Assembly (NCBI GenBank): GCA_951406725.2
Contig: OX597825.1
Location: 7,936,001 to 8,000,000, forward strand
Source: Octopus vulgaris
Lineage: Eukaryota
DNA: 64,000 bases
Reading direction: 5' to 3'
Position numbers and translations under genes: made by a program. This document shows, piece by piece, positions 60,470 through 64,000 of the stretch. A model generated the notes under the pieces. That model had not been told where the DNA came from and did no database searches. It saw only the letters and a program-made list of their open reading frames with translations. Numbering within the stretch: the stretch's first letter is position 1; each line of letters begins with the position of its first letter.

Positions 60470-61689
60470 GTGTGTGTGTGTGTGTGTGTCTGTATGATGT
60501 TCCTAGTAGAACCTGTCACATTGTCGCGTCGTTTGTGTCATAAATGGCATTTCATCTGTTGGTTTCTAAAAACCATTCTGATAAAAATTTCTGATAACTC
60601 AGATATAACAAAAAGAAAAAAAAAACTTGGGCAGACAATAATAAAAAAAGAAGACCTGCTAAAAGGAGAAAAGAATAGAGCATAGTCTCAACAACGATAC
60701 GGAAAGAGTGTGTAAGGGAACAAAAACATAAGAGTGTTTGTTGGTAGACGATTCGTTAAAATTTTTCAACCAACGCAAATGGTACTTTGACGGGTGACAC
60801 GGTAATTTACATAACTATTAATCGTATTCTGTTCTGGTTTCGCAAATCACTTCAGCGTATGTTTGATATAATTAGACCAAAGTCTCAAGAGAAAAGTTTC
60901 GTACAAATCGGACTGACGAGGTAAGAGAAATTATTATCGATCGAGTTCGTTTTTAAATTCTTCGCCTCCCAGGAATTCATCATTTTATGATTTTCAGGTA
61001 GTACCAAGCATTTTTCGAGCAGGTTCGTCAGTAACTACAATTTAATTATTTTCATTATTTCATTCTTTGTGATTGAGTGTCCGCCCGATATTCAGTGGTG
61101 GAGCATCCAGCATATTTAAGGTCGCTCTTATGTATGCGTAGATATACAAGCATAAATACAACCATACATACATATACACGAACATATGCTTATGCTTACT
61201 AAGCGTGTGGAATCAAGGGAGATCAATAATCAATTTGTTATTCTGGTGTTTATGGAGTCCTAGGGATTGGAAGTTTCGTATCCTTCATCAGTATTTCAAC
61301 TTGTGTGGTACTTATGTTAGAATCTTTGTTTTACAAACATATCCTTTTAAACATCATCCAGTAGATATTTTGACCAAACCGAATGTCCCAATTAGGGATT
61401 CAACGTCAGTCCAATACCAGAATATTCATTTAACGAGATATTAAGATACGAACTTCAACTGTCAAATCTTACAGAAGAGAGATCTGCACATTGTTGAAAT
61501 TGCTATAGTAATAGATAGGTGGCCTTAGTCAATTCGAACCTTGAGTGAATAAACATCAATCAGGACTTCCTTAGAATACTATGATACTCGGTTTGGTTCC
61601 TTACATTGAGTTTCCAACGAAGGAACATTCAAGAAGAAGCGATAGAACCTTTTTAAGAACATATACAATAACTCCTCTTAAAACAGTAA

Positions 61690-62308
61690 GGCCTGAAATT
61701 TTGGAAAAAGAACCTAATAGATTATATTAAGTGCAGTAACTAACGTATCAATATATCGAACCGGAAAGGATAAAATGTAAAGACGACTTCGGTGAAGTTT
61801 GAACTGAGGACATAAAGAACCATAAGAGGATACCTATTTATTTACTACCCACAAGGGGCTAAACACAGAGAGGACAATCAAGGACAGACACACGGATTAA
61901 GTCGATTCGTAACTGGTACGGAATTTATCGACCCCGAAAGGATGAAAGGCAAAGTCGACCTCTGCGGAATTTGAACTCAGAACGTAACGGTAGACAAAAT
62001 ACCTCTAAGCATTTCGTCCGGCGTGCTAACGTTTTTGCCAGCTCACCTCCGCCTTAAAGAACTATAATAAGATACCTATTTCTTTACTACCCACAAGGGG
62101 CTAAACACAGAGAGGACAAACAAGGACAGACAAACGGATTAAGTCGATCACATCGACGCCAGTGCGTAACTGGTACTTAATTTATCGACCCCGAAAGGAT
62201 GAAAGGCAAAGTCGACCTCGGCCGAATTTGAACTCAGAACGTAACGGCAGACGAAAGACGGCTACGCATTTCGCCCGGCGTGCTAACGGTTCTGCCAGCT
62301 CGCCGCCT
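61690..62308 (-). mobile_element. Three tandem SINE family B units
   Basis: Old copy 61690-61815; younger copies 61830-62054 and 62070-62308. Confidence 0.88.
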
Positions 62309-62839
62309 TAAGGACATATATAATAACAATATACGCAACATTTATTTCTAGAAGCCCCTGTATTGGATTCTATTTCAGCCCGCGCAGCCAGCACGCTGAC
62401 CTAATCACCAGACGCGAATTACCATCCGTCATTTCTCTTTAACAGAAAGCTAAATGATCACACGTATTCATACAAATAATCTATGACATTGTAAGTGAAA
62501 TTAATAAAGGCGCCACATAACTGTATCGGCATGTAATTAAAAAAAGTGCCTAATTTAGTTAATGATAATGAACAGCGGTAACTGAGTACAGAATATTTCT
62601 TGTTTCGTAGCAGCTGTTTAACACAAAATAGTGAAATAAAGGTAGTTCGTGCTTGACACCACGAATTTCATATAGTATTACACACGGCAGACACACGTAA
62701 ATACACATACACGCGCAGACACAAATACATACATATGTGTGTGTGTTTGGCGATGTGTATGAGGTAATATACGTACAGCGAGCATCTACAGTCTTTACAT
62801 GTACAGAAAAATAATACATTGATACACCGCAATTAAAAT

Positions 62840-63170
<331 letters not shown>

Positions 63171-63347
63171 AGGAAACGAAGCATAAGCAGCAAAAATAAT
63201 TAGAAAAATACACAAACACAACATAACAACACACGCCTGAGAGTGAGAGAGGGAGAGAGAGAGGGGGAGGGCGAAAGAGAGAGAGAGGAAGAGTGTGTAT
63301 TGTATCTATTTTGTATGGAATTAAAAATTTGTATACGTACAAACTCA

Positions 63348-63403
<56 letters not shown>

Positions 63404-63534
63404 TAATATGAAAGGTTCTATTGTTTTGGCGAGATGATAAAAAGGAACATTACGACAAATGGTAATCATATTTATTACACTTCGTTCAATAAATGATTCG
63501 TTAACGTGTTTTCCTTGTTTATTAGTATTGTTTT

Positions 63535-64000
63535 CAGATTTAGGCACGGGGCCAGCAATTTGTTTTCTTTCTTTCTAAGGTAGTGGGAAAGCCAATTACA
63601 TAAAACCTCAGTGATCAACCGCTAATTATTTTATCGACTCAGCAAAGCTGAATGGTAAAGGCAACCTCGGCAATAATCGAATTGAGAACCTCAAGGCAGA
63701 CGAAATGCTGTTAATCACATTGACCAGCCACTTAACAAGTTCTGCTCGCTCAGCGCCTTATGTTATTTGTTAAGACTGGTTTCCAATTTTGGCACAAGGC
63801 CAGCAATTTTGTGGTGTGACTTAGTCAATTACATCGATCCCAGTGCCTAACTTGTACTTATTTTATCTCAGCCTGAAGTTATGTATGTCAAAGTCTACCA
63901 CAGCAGAATTTGAACTCAGAACGTAATAACAGACGAAATACCTATTTCTTTACTACCCACAAGGGGCTAAACACAGAGAGGACAAACGGATTTAGTCGAT
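63535..64000 (-). mobile_element. SINE family B copies (63535-63758 old; 63775-64000 dimer running off the window end)
   Basis: Family B motifs; dimer junction AGACGAAATACC|TATTTCTTT near 63940. Confidence 0.82.

Overview
AT-rich, repeat-dominated eukaryotic (animal) DNA, most likely from an octopus/cephalopod. This is inferred from the tRNA-derived SINE families and the extreme microsatellite load. No intact host gene is recognisable; most ORF-track entries are microsatellite artefacts. The window holds dozens of tRNA-derived SINE copies (at least 3 families, many with target-site duplications, TSDs), a decayed Helitron RepHel (~9.1-11.3 kb), Dong/R4-like LINE fragments in (TAA)n tracts and mariner-derived MITEs. 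The main signal is four unrelated Penelope-like retroelement (PLE) derived inverted-repeat structures (15.17-15.36, 15.66-16.95, 17.14-19.75 and 27.38-27.67 kb). Each carries a pair of outward-facing minimal hammerhead-ribozyme-like motifs with a different core variant, including a compensatory U3:A8 core. The largest is a 2.55 kb near-perfect Naiad-type palindrome whose centre looks like a snap-back priming hairpin. All calls were made by eye; no database search was run.
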